A DNA stretch of 64,000 bases from assembly GCA_965248445.1 (NCBI GenBank), contig CBDFJG010000003.1, positions 512,001-576,000 on the forward strand, written 5' to 3'. The DNA comes from Planctomycetota bacterium (GTDB taxonomy: Bacteria > Planctomycetota > JAJSAM01 > JAJVHW01). The notes beneath the pieces were generated by a model. That model was not told where the DNA came from, made no database searches, and saw nothing but the letters and a program-made list of their open reading frames with translations. Within the stretch, counting starts at the first letter, position 1. Each line of letters starts with the position of its first letter. Positions 1 to 9,886 of this stretch are shown here, piece by piece. Position numbers and translations under genes: made by a program.

Positions 1-1
1 G

Positions 2-937
2 ACCTATGCCGGGAACCTCGAGAACCTGGCGGAGGTCGAGGACGATCCGCGCTACACGTTTGTACGGGGCGACATCATGACTCCTGCGGCGTGGGAGTCC
101 ACCGCCGGAGAGACGCCGGACATCCTCGTCAACATGGCCGCCGAGAGCCACGTCGATCGGTCGATCGACGATCCCTTCCCCTTCCTCCGTACGAACGTCC
201 TGGGGACACAGGCTCTGCTCGATTGGGCGCGGACGCACGAGGTCGGCACGTTCGTCCAGGTCAGCACCGACGAGGTCTACGGATCACTGGGGCCTGACGA
301 TCCCGAGTTCAGCGAGACGACACCACTTGCGCCGAACAGCCCGTACTCAGCGAGCAAGGCGTCGGCCGACCTCCTCGTCCGCGCGGCGCGGGAGACGCAT
401 GGGCTCCGCACGGTCGTGACTCGCTGCTCGAACAACTACGGGGCGTACCAGTTCCCCGAGAAGCTGCTCCCTCTCATGATCACGAACATGATGGAAGATC
501 GGGAGTTGCCGATATACGGCGACGGGCAGCAGGTGCGCGACTGGATCCACGTGGACGACCACTGCCACGGCATCGAGCTCGCCGCGCGGAAGGGCCGGTC
601 CGGCGAGGCCTACAACTTCGGCGCGTCCGGCGAGCAGACCAACATCGCGATGGTCGAGCGGCTGCTGGCGCTGCTCGACAGGCCGCAGTCCCTCATTCGT
701 TACGTCGAAGACCGCAAGGGGCACGACAGGCGTTACGCGGTGGACAGTTCGAAGGCGCGTATCGAACTCGGATGGGTGCCCCAGGTCGCGTTCGACGAGG
801 GACTCGCCGCGACGGTCGACTGGTACGTGGACAACGAAACATGGTGGCGGCGTGTCAAGTCGGGGGTCTACCAGGAGTACTACGCGCATCACTATGGTGA
901 CCGATTGGCTGATGCCGCGGAGCGTGACCAGGCATGA
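2..937 (+). CDS. rfbB: dTDP-glucose 4,6-dehydratase, 5' end outside window
   Basis: Frame open from base 2 (TYAGNLENL); motifs AAESHVDRSI, STDEVYG, YSASK, SNNYG, GHDRRYA. Confidence 0.95.
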   Translation, partial: TYAGNLENLAEVEDDPRYTFVRGDIMTPAAWESTAGETPDILVNMAAESHVDRSIDDPFPFLRTNVLGTQALLDWARTHEVGTFVQVSTDEVYGSLGPDDPEFSETTPLAPNSPYSASKASADLLVRAARETHGLRTVVTRCSNNYGAYQFPEKLLPLMITNMMEDRELPIYGDGQQVRDWIHVDDHCHGIELAARKGRSGEAYNFGASGEQTNIAMVERLLALLDRPQSLIRYVEDRKGHDRRYAVDSSKARIELGWVPQVAFDEGLAATVDWYVDNETWWRRVKSGVYQEYYAHHYGDRLADAAERDQA

Positions 938-1437
938 AGGTCCTGCGCGTTCAGGCCGACGGCGTGGACGAGCCGCTCTCCGCGGCGCTGCGCCAGGCGT
1001 TCCAGGCGTTCAATCGCGGGCTGGACATCCGGCTGCGGTTCCTCGCAATTGGAATCGACGAGCGCGTGCTGACCGTCGGCGATGCGGCGTCGGCAGCCGA
1101 GCGCGTCGATGGGGCGATCACCGAGTTCGGTGCCGAGTACATGGTGCTCGACGGCGACGGTGAGGGCGCCCTGGCAGCAGCGACGGCTGCGGCGCGCCGC
1201 CACGTCCCGCTCGTTCGATTGCGTGCAGGTCGCCGCGACGGCGATCACGCCGACGCCGCGCGTGCCGTGGACCGCATCGCGACGATTCTGATCGCGAGCA
1301 ACGCGGCGTCCGTCGCACTGCTGGCGGACGAAGGGCTCGAGGGGCACGTCGCCCCGGCGGGCGAAGAGGTTGGAAAGACAGTCATCCGGATGCTGCGGCG
1401 CTTGCGGCAGCGGGGTGGCGGAGGGACAGCATGCTGA
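934..1437 (+). CDS. Short degenerate homolog of the UDP-GlcNAc 2-epimerase N-terminal domain
   Basis: VLDGDGEGALAAATAAARRHVPLVRLRAGRR..RAVDRIATILIA aligns by eye with [43 protein letters not shown] of the full wecB at 31706; ATGA-coupled to rfbB. Confidence 0.6.
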   Translation: MKVLRVQADGVDEPLSAALRQAFQAFNRGLDIRLRFLAIGIDERVLTVGDAASAAERVDGAITEFGAEYMVLDGDGEGALAAATAAARRHVPLVRLRAGRRDGDHADAARAVDRIATILIASNAASVALLADEGLEGHVAPAGEEVGKTVIRMLRRLRQRGGGGTAC

Positions 1438-3131
1438 TCCTCGGACTGGGCGGACTCGGCTACAAGGACTCGAGCGCGGCTCTCGTACGCGACGGGCGGA
1501 TCATCGCCGCGGCGTCCGAAGACCGCTTCACGCGGCAGAAGCACGCGGGGGGCTACCCGAGCGAGGCCGTCGACGCGTGCCTGCACATCGCCGGTGCGTC
1601 GCTCGCGGACGTGGACCACGTCGCGGTCGCCAACAACCCGTGGCTCGGACTGCGCGACAAGGTGCTCGAGTGGTACGGCGAGCGGTTCTTCGAGTCGCCG
1701 GAGTTTCGCGCGTATCACATCTTCCACGACGAGTCGCACTCCACACTGCTCTACCTGCAGGCACTCGAGGGCCTGCGCATCGGGCGCGAGGATCGCTTCC
1801 ACGTCGTTCCCCATCACGTCAGCCACATGGCTTCTTCGTTCCTCGCAGGTCCGGCCGAAGAGGCCGCCATCCTCGAAATGGACGGGCGCGGTGAGGTGTC
1901 GACGTCGGCGCTGGGTGTCGGGCGCGGCGCCGAAATCGAGGTGTTCCGCGTCGACAAGATGCCCAACAGCCTCGGACTTCTGCAGTCGGCAGTCGCCGAC
2001 TTCCTCGGGTTCGCAGGTCAGGACGACGAATTCCGCGTGATGAGCATCTCGTCCGAGGGCGAGGCGCGGTTCCGCGACGAGTTCCGGGAGGTCGTGCGTC
2101 TCGGCGACGACGGGTCGTTCCGGTTGAACGAGGCGTACTTCCTGTATCGCGACGGACTCGCTGCGCTGTCGCAGCGATTCAACGAGGTGTTCGGTGTCCC
2201 GCGTCGGGCAGGTGAGCCGGTGCGACAGCACCATCGCGACATCGCGGCGTCGCTGCAGCTCTCGATCGAGGACGCGGCCTTGCACGCAGCGGCGCATCTT
2301 CGTGAGCGCACCGGTCTGGACACCCTCTGCTTCGCTGGCGGCGTCGCTCTCTCGTGGGTGGTCAACGGACGGCTCGCTGCCGAGTCCGGGTTCCGCAACC
2401 TGTATGTCAATCCGTTGGCTGGCGACGACGGGACCGCGGTCGGCGCGGCACTGTGGGTGTACTCGAACTCGACGGGCAAGCGGCCGGAGGGGCTCGCATC
2501 GGTCGGTCTGGGACCGGCGGCCACCGACGCCGAGGTATCGGCTGCGCTGCGACGCACCGGACATGCGCACACACAGATTGACGACCCCGTCTCGGCGGCG
2601 GCAGAACTACTGGCGTCCGGACAGATCGTCGGGTGGTGCGAGGGCCGTGCGGAGTTCGGCCCTCGTGGTCTCGGGCACCGTGCGATCCTGTGCGATCCGT
2701 CAAATCCCGAGACACGCGCGCGCCTCCTGCGCGATGTGAAGTCGCGGGCACCGCACCATCCGTTCGCGCTCTCGATCACCGAGGAGAGCGCGGCGAAGGT
2801 CTTCGGAGGAGATGTCCGATCGCCGTACATGATGTTGTTCGGCCGCGCGCCGGACGCAGCGCGGGAACAGCTCGCGGGCGTGCTCGGCAAGGACAGCATC
2901 GTCCGCTGGCACGGTGTCTCGCCCGAGCGCGATCCGGTCTTCCATCGATTGCTGACTGCATTCGCTGATCGCACGGGCGGGTTGCCAGCGCTGCTCAACA
3001 CGAGTCTCAACCGGCCCGGCCGCCCGCCTGCGCTGACGACGGACGACGCACTCGAGGTCTTCGCCACGACGGGGCTCGACGCGATCGTCATCGGATCGCA
3101 CCTGCTGCAGAAGCCCGCGAGGGAAGAGTAG
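1431..3131 (+). CDS. NodU/CmcH-family carbamoyltransferase, divergent copy
   Basis: SEDRFTRQKH, HHVSH, MDGRGE, GGVAL, EFGPRGLG, NTS motifs; several C-terminal motifs altered. Confidence 0.85.
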   Translation: MLILGLGGLGYKDSSAALVRDGRIIAAASEDRFTRQKHAGGYPSEAVDACLHIAGASLADVDHVAVANNPWLGLRDKVLEWYGERFFESPEFRAYHIFHDESHSTLLYLQALEGLRIGREDRFHVVPHHVSHMASSFLAGPAEEAAILEMDGRGEVSTSALGVGRGAEIEVFRVDKMPNSLGLLQSAVADFLGFAGQDDEFRVMSISSEGEARFRDEFREVVRLGDDGSFRLNEAYFLYRDGLAALSQRFNEVFGVPRRAGEPVRQHHRDIAASLQLSIEDAALHAAAHLRERTGLDTLCFAGGVALSWVVNGRLAAESGFRNLYVNPLAGDDGTAVGAALWVYSNSTGKRPEGLASVGLGPAATDAEVSAALRRTGHAHTQIDDPVSAAAELLASGQIVGWCEGRAEFGPRGLGHRAILCDPSNPETRARLLRDVKSRAPHHPFALSITEESAAKVFGGDVRSPYMMLFGRAPDAAREQLAGVLGKDSIVRWHGVSPERDPVFHRLLTAFADRTGGLPALLNTSLNRPGRPPALTTDDALEVFATTGLDAIVIGSHLLQKPAREE

Positions 3132-3142
3132 AGACGCGCCCG

Positions 3143-4831
3143 ATGCGCATACTCGGGATCAACGCTGCCAGCCACAACGCTTCCGCGGCGCTCGTGGACG
3201 ACGGGTGCCTCGTGGCGTTCGCCGAGGAGGAGCGCTTCAACCGCGAGAAGTACACGATGGCGTTCCCCGAACAGGCGGCGCGCTATTGCATCCGTGCCTC
3301 AGGCGGATCGATCGAAGAGGTGGACATGGTGGCGTTCGCGGGAACGCCGTCCGCGGAGATGTGGCACTCGGCCGTGGACGCCGTACGGCTGTTCGGGCGA
3401 CCGTGGTATCGCACCTGGCTCCGCAACCAAGTGCTGGTCACAGGTCTCTACAAGGGAGGGCGACAGGTCCGCCGCGCCCGCTTCAAGCTCGGCTTCGACG
3501 GTCGCCTGCGCACCGTGGGACACCACCTGTGCCACGCATCGAGTGCGTTCCACTGTTCTCCGCACGATCGGGCAGCGATTCTCACGATCGACGCCCAGGG
3601 CGACGGCGTCGCGTCTGCCGTCTACTCGGGTGACGGCGCGGCGATCAAGCACGTCAAGACATGGGGGTTCCCCGAGCACTCGATCGGGCACTTCTACGAC
3701 TGCGTCGCCGAGTGGCTCGGCTTCCGTCCGGTGCTGGACGCGGGAAAGGTGATGGGGCTCGCCTCGTACGGCAACGCAGACAGCGTGGTCGAGAAGTTCG
3801 AGACGTTCTGCCGCATCGGCCGCGCAGGGGACATCGCGTTCGATCTGGACCTGCTCAAGCGGGAGCGCGGCCGCCGGTCCTCAGCGCGGTTCGAGCAGCT
3901 GTTCGGTCCGTCGCGGCGCGACGAGGAGTCGCCGGACGAGCCGCGTTTCGCCGACGTCGCGGCCGGCGCGCAAGCGATCCTCGAGCGGGCGGTGTTCTCT
4001 CTCGCGGAGGCGGCGCGGGAGCTGACCGGCGAACAGGATCTCTGCATGGCCGGCGGTGTCGCGCTGAACAGCGTCGCGAACGGCAAGCTCCAGATGGACG
4101 GACCGTTCGAACGCATCTGGATCCAGCCGGCCGCGAACGATGCGGGGCTCGCGCTGGGGGCGGCGTTTCAGGCCTGGCACGAGCAGGGCGGTGACCGCAA
4201 GTTCGTCATGGAGCATGCCTATTGGGGGCCGGGGCACGGGACCGAAGAAGTCCGGCAGGCGCTCGAAGTGTCGAAGGCGACGTATCGCGAGGTCGGCGAC
4301 CCGGCCGCGGCTGCGGCAGAACTGGTGGCCGCCGATCAGATCGTCGGGTGGTACCAGGGTCGGGCCGAGGTGGGGCCGCGCGCGCTCGGCAATCGCAGCA
4401 TCCTCGCGAACCCCCGGAATCCCACGATGAAGGACGTCGTGAACAAGTACGTCAAGCATCGTGAGCCGTTCCGCCCGTTCGCCCCGAGCTGCATTCTCGA
4501 GGACGCCGACCAGTGGTTCGAGCGGGGCAGTCCGTCGCCCTACATGCTCAAGGTCTGGCGAGTGAAGGAGGCTGCGAAGAGCGAGCTCCCGGCGATTTCA
4601 CACATCGACGGAACGGCGCGACTGCAGACCGTCACGGAGCGTGAGAATCCCCTCTACCATCGGTACCTCCGCGAGCTCGGAGCGCGCAACGGGATCCCCT
4701 GCACGCTGAACACGTCGTTCAACATCCGGGGCGAGCCGATCGTGAACTCACCGATGGACGCGCTGAAGTGCTACTTCACGACGGGTCTCGATGCGCTGGT
4801 GATCGATCGCTTCGTGCTGATGAAGGCGTGA
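3143..4831 (+). CDS. NodU/CmcH-family carbamoyltransferase, canonical copy
   Basis: EEERFNREK, HHLCH, GKVMGLASYG, GGVALNSVANG, GPRALGNRSIL, KHREPFRPFAPS, HIDGTARLQTV, NTSFNIRGEP. Confidence 0.93.
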   Translation: MRILGINAASHNASAALVDDGCLVAFAEEERFNREKYTMAFPEQAARYCIRASGGSIEEVDMVAFAGTPSAEMWHSAVDAVRLFGRPWYRTWLRNQVLVTGLYKGGRQVRRARFKLGFDGRLRTVGHHLCHASSAFHCSPHDRAAILTIDAQGDGVASAVYSGDGAAIKHVKTWGFPEHSIGHFYDCVAEWLGFRPVLDAGKVMGLASYGNADSVVEKFETFCRIGRAGDIAFDLDLLKRERGRRSSARFEQLFGPSRRDEESPDEPRFADVAAGAQAILERAVFSLAEAARELTGEQDLCMAGGVALNSVANGKLQMDGPFERIWIQPAANDAGLALGAAFQAWHEQGGDRKFVMEHAYWGPGHGTEEVRQALEVSKATYREVGDPAAAAAELVAADQIVGWYQGRAEVGPRALGNRSILANPRNPTMKDVVNKYVKHREPFRPFAPSCILEDADQWFERGSPSPYMLKVWRVKEAAKSELPAISHIDGTARLQTVTERENPLYHRYLRELGARNGIPCTLNTSFNIRGEPIVNSPMDALKCYFTTGLDALVIDRFVLMKA

Positions 4832-6051
4832 GCGGAACCACCACCGCTACTCGTCGCGTCGCTTACGTCGCGTACACGTTCCCGGTCCTCACGCAGACGT
4901 TCACGACCCGCGAGGTCGGCGCCTTGCGCGCCGCTGGTATGGAACTCACGGTGTTCGCGGCCCGTCCCGGTGCAGACGCGCGGCTGGATCCGGAGGCGGA
5001 GCACGAGGCGCGCCTCACCCAGTACCTGCCCGCTCCGTACTCTGCGACCGCGCTCGTGCAGGCACTGCTGTGGCTGACGCGTCGCCCGCTGCGGTTCCTC
5101 GCGACCCTGCTCGCGTGTCTCGGCGGCGCATACCGCGACGATGGTCTGCGCTGCCGTCTCCGGGCGCCGTTGCACTTCGTGATCGGCGCCGCTCTCGCCT
5201 CGCGACTGCGTCACGTCGGAGGGTTCGCCCGCATCCACGCACAGATGGTGGATGCCGGGAGCACCGTCGCGTTCGTGGCGTCTCGTCTGCTCGACCTCCC
5301 GTTCTCGTTCACCAATCACACGGCATACAACCCGTTCCTGCTCGCGTTGAAGGCGCGGCACGCGGAACTGGTCGTGTCGATCAGCGAGTACGACCGCGCT
5401 GACGTCGTACGGCGCGTCGGGCGTCCGGCCGGGCGGCACGAGGTGGCGCGCGTCGGCATTCGCGTCGATGACTGGGCAGGGCTGGAGCGTACACCCGAGC
5501 CTGGTCGCGTGGTGTCGGTCGCCGCGCTGCGCGACAAGAAGGGTCATGAAGACCTGGTTCGCGCCGCGGCTGCCTTACACGACGCCGGCACCGAGATCCG
5601 CGTTGTGATCGTAGGCGACGGCGCGGAGCGAGCAACGCTCGAGCGCGTGATCCGCGAGACCGGTGCGCCGGTCGAACTCGCTGGCGCGGCTCCGCCGTCC
5701 CGGGTGCGCGAAGAACTGGCGCGCGCCACCGCGTTCTGTCTGCCCTGCCGGACAGCAGCGAACGGAGACATCGACGGAATCCCTGTTGCGCTGATGGAGG
5801 CGATGGCGGCGGGGGTGCCCGTCATCGCGACACGCCTCTCCGGCGTCCCCGAGTTGATCGAGGACGGAGCGTCCGGGCTGCTGGTGCCCGAGCGCGATCC
5901 CGCGGCGTTGGCGGAGGCCTTGGCGTGCGTCCTCTCCGACGTCGATCTGGCCGCGCATCTGAGCGCGGGCGGACGACGGCGGGTCGCAGCGGCGCACGAC
6001 CTCGGGCAGACCGCCGCGCGCCTCTGCGGTCTCCTCCTCGGCACACCGTGA
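4828..6051 (+). CDS. GT4 glycosyltransferase (WcaL-like)
   Basis: FPVLTQTF N-terminus, KKG, DGIPVALMEAMAAG; GTG start overlaps upstream TGA. Confidence 0.88.
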   Translation: MSGTTTATRRVAYVAYTFPVLTQTFTTREVGALRAAGMELTVFAARPGADARLDPEAEHEARLTQYLPAPYSATALVQALLWLTRRPLRFLATLLACLGGAYRDDGLRCRLRAPLHFVIGAALASRLRHVGGFARIHAQMVDAGSTVAFVASRLLDLPFSFTNHTAYNPFLLALKARHAELVVSISEYDRADVVRRVGRPAGRHEVARVGIRVDDWAGLERTPEPGRVVSVAALRDKKGHEDLVRAAAALHDAGTEIRVVIVGDGAERATLERVIRETGAPVELAGAAPPSRVREELARATAFCLPCRTAANGDIDGIPVALMEAMAAGVPVIATRLSGVPELIEDGASGLLVPERDPAALAEALACVLSDVDLAAHLSAGGRRRVAAAHDLGQTAARLCGLLLGTP

Positions 6052-6081
6052 CTTGAGATCCTGACCTCGTAAGCTCTCGCC

Positions 6082-7521
6082 GTGAACCACTTCCGCCTCG
6101 ATCGAATCCTCGTCGACATCTTCGTCCGGAGCGGTCCGGTGTGGATGGTCGCGGCGATTCTGATCCTGCTCAGCCTTGTGTTGCTCCGGGTCCATCGCGC
6201 GATGGGAGTCGGCATCGGGTTCCTGCTCTTCCTTCAGGTCTGGATCAAGCCCCTCTACTTCATGTGCTCCCGGATGCGGTGGGTCGTCATCGCGATTCTC
6301 GCCGTGCGGGGACTATTCCTCGTGTTCAGCACTAGCGCACCAGCATCGGAGACGCGCAGCTCCCACGTCGTGCTCGGGATGCTCGCGATGTGGGCGGTGC
6401 TCAGCACGCTCTGGAGCGACGTGCCCGTTTTCACGCTTCTCGTGGCCGGGACGTTCGTCGCCGGGCTCGTGGTGAGCTTCTTGCTGACGTGGCGGATGGC
6501 AGACTCGATCGACGTGATCGGGTTCTTGTGCCGCTGGGCCGTGCTGGTCTGCGTCGGGTTCTACGGCGCGTCGTTCGTAACCGCGGGGTGGGCGTACGCG
6601 ACCGACGAGATGTGGATACTCTGGCGTACCGGAGCGACGACGAACCGCTTCTCCGGTGTGTTCGGCAATCCCAACGCATCGGGTGTGCTGGGCGCGCTGC
6701 TCTTCCCGTTCGTCTTCGCGGCGCCGCGCGAGGTTCTCGGCAAGTTGAACAAGCTGCGGCCGCTTGCGGTGGTTCTGATCGTGTCGGCCGTGTTGCTCTC
6801 CGGTTCGCGCAGCGCGTTCATCGGTCTGCTGATGGCCGTGGCTGTCGTCCTGCTGTATCGATTTCGCGCAGGCGTCGTGCTCTTCGCCTCAACGGTCCTG
6901 ATGATGACGCTCGCACTCGGGATTCTGACTCCGCTCGAAGACGTCGAGACGCTCGACTTCGGAGCGATGGAGCGGATCGTCCGCGTGGGAACGCTCAAGG
7001 ACCTGGGAGACCGTGTCCAGCTATGGGAGCGCGGGCTGGAGGCCGGTCGCGAGAGTCCGTGGATCGGTCTCGGCTGGTCCAGATCACGCATCCTCGACAA
7101 CCGCAGCGTCGCGGGCGCCCTCGCCGCCGGGCGTGTGCACTCGGGCACCAACCTGCACAGTGCGCACCTGCAGATCTGGGTGGACCTGGGGTTCGTCGGT
7201 CTTGCTCTGTTCTGGATGTTCGGGCTGCAGGTAGCCGCGGCGGCCTTCCGAATAATGTTCGCCCCCGCTTCGCGCCAGGGCGCACTGGTCATGGTGCTCG
7301 TGGCCTCACTGGTCGTGATGTGGGGCGACTCGTTCGTGCACGGCTGGATCTTCTCGTTCGGTTCGCCGGGCGCACTGGTGTTCTGGATGAGTTGCGCGCT
7401 GGTGATCAAAGAGTCCGACCGCCTTCGCCGCGCGGCCGCGGCCGCCGCGGCGACGCAGGCGTCCGCGTCACTTCCTCCGCCAACACGGCCGGCTGCCCTG
7501 CCGCGCCCGGTCGGGGCATGA
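6082..7521 (+). CDS. O-antigen ligase/Wzy polymerase family membrane protein
   Basis: Many TM segments; RFSGVFGNPN, SGSRSA, LHSAHLQ..DLGFVG. Confidence 0.85.
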   Translation: MNHFRLDRILVDIFVRSGPVWMVAAILILLSLVLLRVHRAMGVGIGFLLFLQVWIKPLYFMCSRMRWVVIAILAVRGLFLVFSTSAPASETRSSHVVLGMLAMWAVLSTLWSDVPVFTLLVAGTFVAGLVVSFLLTWRMADSIDVIGFLCRWAVLVCVGFYGASFVTAGWAYATDEMWILWRTGATTNRFSGVFGNPNASGVLGALLFPFVFAAPREVLGKLNKLRPLAVVLIVSAVLLSGSRSAFIGLLMAVAVVLLYRFRAGVVLFASTVLMMTLALGILTPLEDVETLDFGAMERIVRVGTLKDLGDRVQLWERGLEAGRESPWIGLGWSRSRILDNRSVAGALAAGRVHSGTNLHSAHLQIWVDLGFVGLALFWMFGLQVAAAAFRIMFAPASRQGALVMVLVASLVVMWGDSFVHGWIFSFGSPGALVFWMSCALVIKESDRLRRAAAAAAATQASASLPPPTRPAALPRPVGA

Positions 7522-7533
7522 CGCTGGGCACTG

Positions 7534-8235
7534 GTGGCGACGATGCGTGAGGCGCCGCTGCACGTCCTGTTGCCGGCGCGAGACGAGGTGGAGACGGTCG
7601 CCGCGGTCGTCGCGTCGATTCGTGAGGCACTTCCTGACGCATGTGTGGTCGTCATCGACGACGGATCGCAGGATGGCACGGCGGCCGCGGCGCGGAGCGC
7701 TGGGTCGGAGGTGCTGCGGCTGCCGACCCGCCTCGGGGTTGGTGGGGCGGTGCGTGCGGGTGTCCTTCTCGCCCGCCGGCGGGGCGCCCGCACGTGCCTG
7801 CGGCTAGACGCGGACGGCCAGCACGCCGCTCGCGACGCGCCGGCTCTTTTGGCCGCCGTGGCCGCGGGTGCCGACGTCGCCATCGGTTCTCGGTTCCTTG
7901 CGGACGGCGGCGACCGGTCGACGCCGCTTCGCAGAGCGGGCATCCTCTGGATTTCGCTGCTGCTGCGCTGGCGCGGGGCTGGGCACATCGCCGATCCCAC
8001 GTCGGGCTTCCGCGCCTACTCGCGCCGCGCGATGGACTGGATCGCGCGCTACTATCCGGAGGACTCTCCCGAGCCACAGGTCCTCGCTCCGATGCTGCGC
8101 GACGGGCTGACGGTGCGGGAGGTCCCGGTGCGCATGTCTGCTCGCGCGGGCGGCCGCACCAAGATGCGAGGGCTCGGCGCGCTGGTCTACGTCGTGAAGG
8201 TCACCGTGGCGATCCTGCTGGGAAGCGTCCGCTGA
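7534..8235 (+). CDS. GT2 glycosyltransferase (polyprenol-phosphate sugar synthase-like)
   Basis: LPARDE, DDGSQDGT, DADGQH, GSRF, DPTSGFRA; start may be ATG 7543. Confidence 0.88.
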   Translation: MATMREAPLHVLLPARDEVETVAAVVASIREALPDACVVVIDDGSQDGTAAAARSAGSEVLRLPTRLGVGGAVRAGVLLARRRGARTCLRLDADGQHAARDAPALLAAVAAGADVAIGSRFLADGGDRSTPLRRAGILWISLLLRWRGAGHIADPTSGFRAYSRRAMDWIARYYPEDSPEPQVLAPMLRDGLTVREVPVRMSARAGGRTKMRGLGALVYVVKVTVAILLGSVR

Positions 8236-8254
8236 GGGAGTCGGGATCGAAACC

Positions 8255-8605
8255 GTGCAGAAGGTCCAGTTCGTCGCCATCGCGGGATCCGTTTCGATCC
8301 TCGTCCTCGTGGCGTGGCTCATCGTTCGCGGGCGCCTGAAGCCGCGCTACGCGCTCCTCTGGCTCGTCGCCTCGTCCGGGCTGCTGGTGCCTTCGCTGTT
8401 CCGTGGCCTGATCGACGACGCGGCGAGCGCGCTCGAGATTGACTATGCACCGTCGCTGCTGTTCCTCGCGATCGACGCCGCGGTGCTTCTGATCCTGCTG
8501 CATGTCAGCGTCGTGCTCTCGGAACTGAGCGATCGCGTGCGCTTGCTGATCGAGGAGGTCGCGGCGCTGCGCCATGACGCGTCCCCGGCGGAGCGGTCCT
8601 TGTGA
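8255..8605 (+). CDS. DUF2304-like small membrane protein, partner of the GT2
   Basis: Three TM helices, RGRLKPRYALLW, C-terminal coiled segment LSDRVRLLIEEVAAL; directly follows the GT2. Confidence 0.8.
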   Translation: MQKVQFVAIAGSVSILVLVAWLIVRGRLKPRYALLWLVASSGLLVPSLFRGLIDDAASALEIDYAPSLLFLAIDAAVLLILLHVSVVLSELSDRVRLLIEEVAALRHDASPAERSL

Positions 8606-9822
8606 CGGAGCTGCGCATCGTCCTTCTCGTCTCCCGGTATCCGCCTCACCACAAGGAGGGGGCCGAACGAAGGGCGGAGGGAGTCGCGCGGGAACTGGCG
8701 CGGCGGGGACACACGGTGCAGGTGCTCACGTCGACGCCCACCGGCAAGTCGAGTCGTGAACAGGAGGGCCCGCTCACGATCGTCCGCACACTGCGACTCG
8801 GGGATGACGCGACACGCTCCCTCTCGTCCATCGGCGGCGACTGCAGGCGATTGCGCGCGGAGCTGCGCGACGCGGACGTGCTGCTTCTCTCGCACTGCAC
8901 GGGGTTGACGGCTGCGCTGTTTGCCGTGGCGGAGGACTTCGGGCGCACGTGCTTCGACGTCGCTTCGGACTGGCTGAGCGTCGCAGGATCGCCGCAGCAT
9001 CCGTGGTATGTCCGCTGGCGTCCGCCCGCCGACGGCGGCCGGCTGGGCTATCGCATGAAGCGCGCGTCCGCCGAGAAGATGCTCGGCATCCCGATCCGAC
9101 CGGTTCCGCTGCCGTTTGGCCGAAGCTGGTTCTGGAGCCGGGGTCGGTGGAAGCGCTGCCTCGCCGCCGGACTGGGCGTGCACGGGAGCGCGGTCCTCGA
9201 GCCGGGGATCGACGTGCGCCGGTTCGCGTACACGCCGCACGCCATCCCGGAGGGCGACGTACGCGTGTTGTTCATCGATCCGGTCGAGCGCGGATCCGGA
9301 CTCCACACGGCCGTGCTCGCGCTCGGAGATCTGCCGTCGCGCGTTCGGCTGCGAATCTCCGGCGAGGTCAAGGACGAGCCGTACCTCTACGAGACGGCCG
9401 AGCTCGGCCGCGCGGCAGGGAGTTTTGACCGTATCGAGATCACGGCGCCGAACTCGCTGGGCGACCTACCGGCCGCGATCGCGGATTCGGACGTTCTGGT
9501 TCACGCTGCAGAGGAGCCGCAGCGTTTCCCGCGTCACGTACTGGAGGCGTTCTCCGTGGGCATCCCCGTCATTGCCGCCGATCCCCCTGCGGAGAAGGGG
9601 GAGGTGTTCGTCCACGGAGAGAACGCGCTGACCTTCGCTCCGGGGAACGCGCCCGAACTGGCACGCCGGCTGACCGCCCTTCTGGCCGACGACGACGCAC
9701 GGGCGAAGCAGGTCGCCGCGGCGCGGGCCTGCGTGGAGCACAAGTTCGCTCTGGCGTATTCGGTGGACCAGATCGAGCCCGAGATCCGCGCCGCCGCGTC
9801 TGCGGAGACGTCGGCAGGGTGA
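8602..9822 (+). CDS. GT4-fold glycosyltransferase-like protein with altered donor-binding motifs
   Basis: YPPH..GAE..RGHTVQVLT N-terminus, LEAFSVGIPVI; FIDPVERGSG replaces the usual GRxxxxKG. Confidence 0.75.
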   Translation: MTELRIVLLVSRYPPHHKEGAERRAEGVARELARRGHTVQVLTSTPTGKSSREQEGPLTIVRTLRLGDDATRSLSSIGGDCRRLRAELRDADVLLLSHCTGLTAALFAVAEDFGRTCFDVASDWLSVAGSPQHPWYVRWRPPADGGRLGYRMKRASAEKMLGIPIRPVPLPFGRSWFWSRGRWKRCLAAGLGVHGSAVLEPGIDVRRFAYTPHAIPEGDVRVLFIDPVERGSGLHTAVLALGDLPSRVRLRISGEVKDEPYLYETAELGRAAGSFDRIEITAPNSLGDLPAAIADSDVLVHAAEEPQRFPRHVLEAFSVGIPVIAADPPAEKGEVFVHGENALTFAPGNAPELARRLTALLADDDARAKQVAAARACVEHKFALAYSVDQIEPEIRAAASAETSAG

Positions 9823-9886
9823 GCGGCGGCACGGAACGCGCCCTCTCGTCCCGAAGACCGGCCCTCGCCGTGCCGATCCAAACCTC

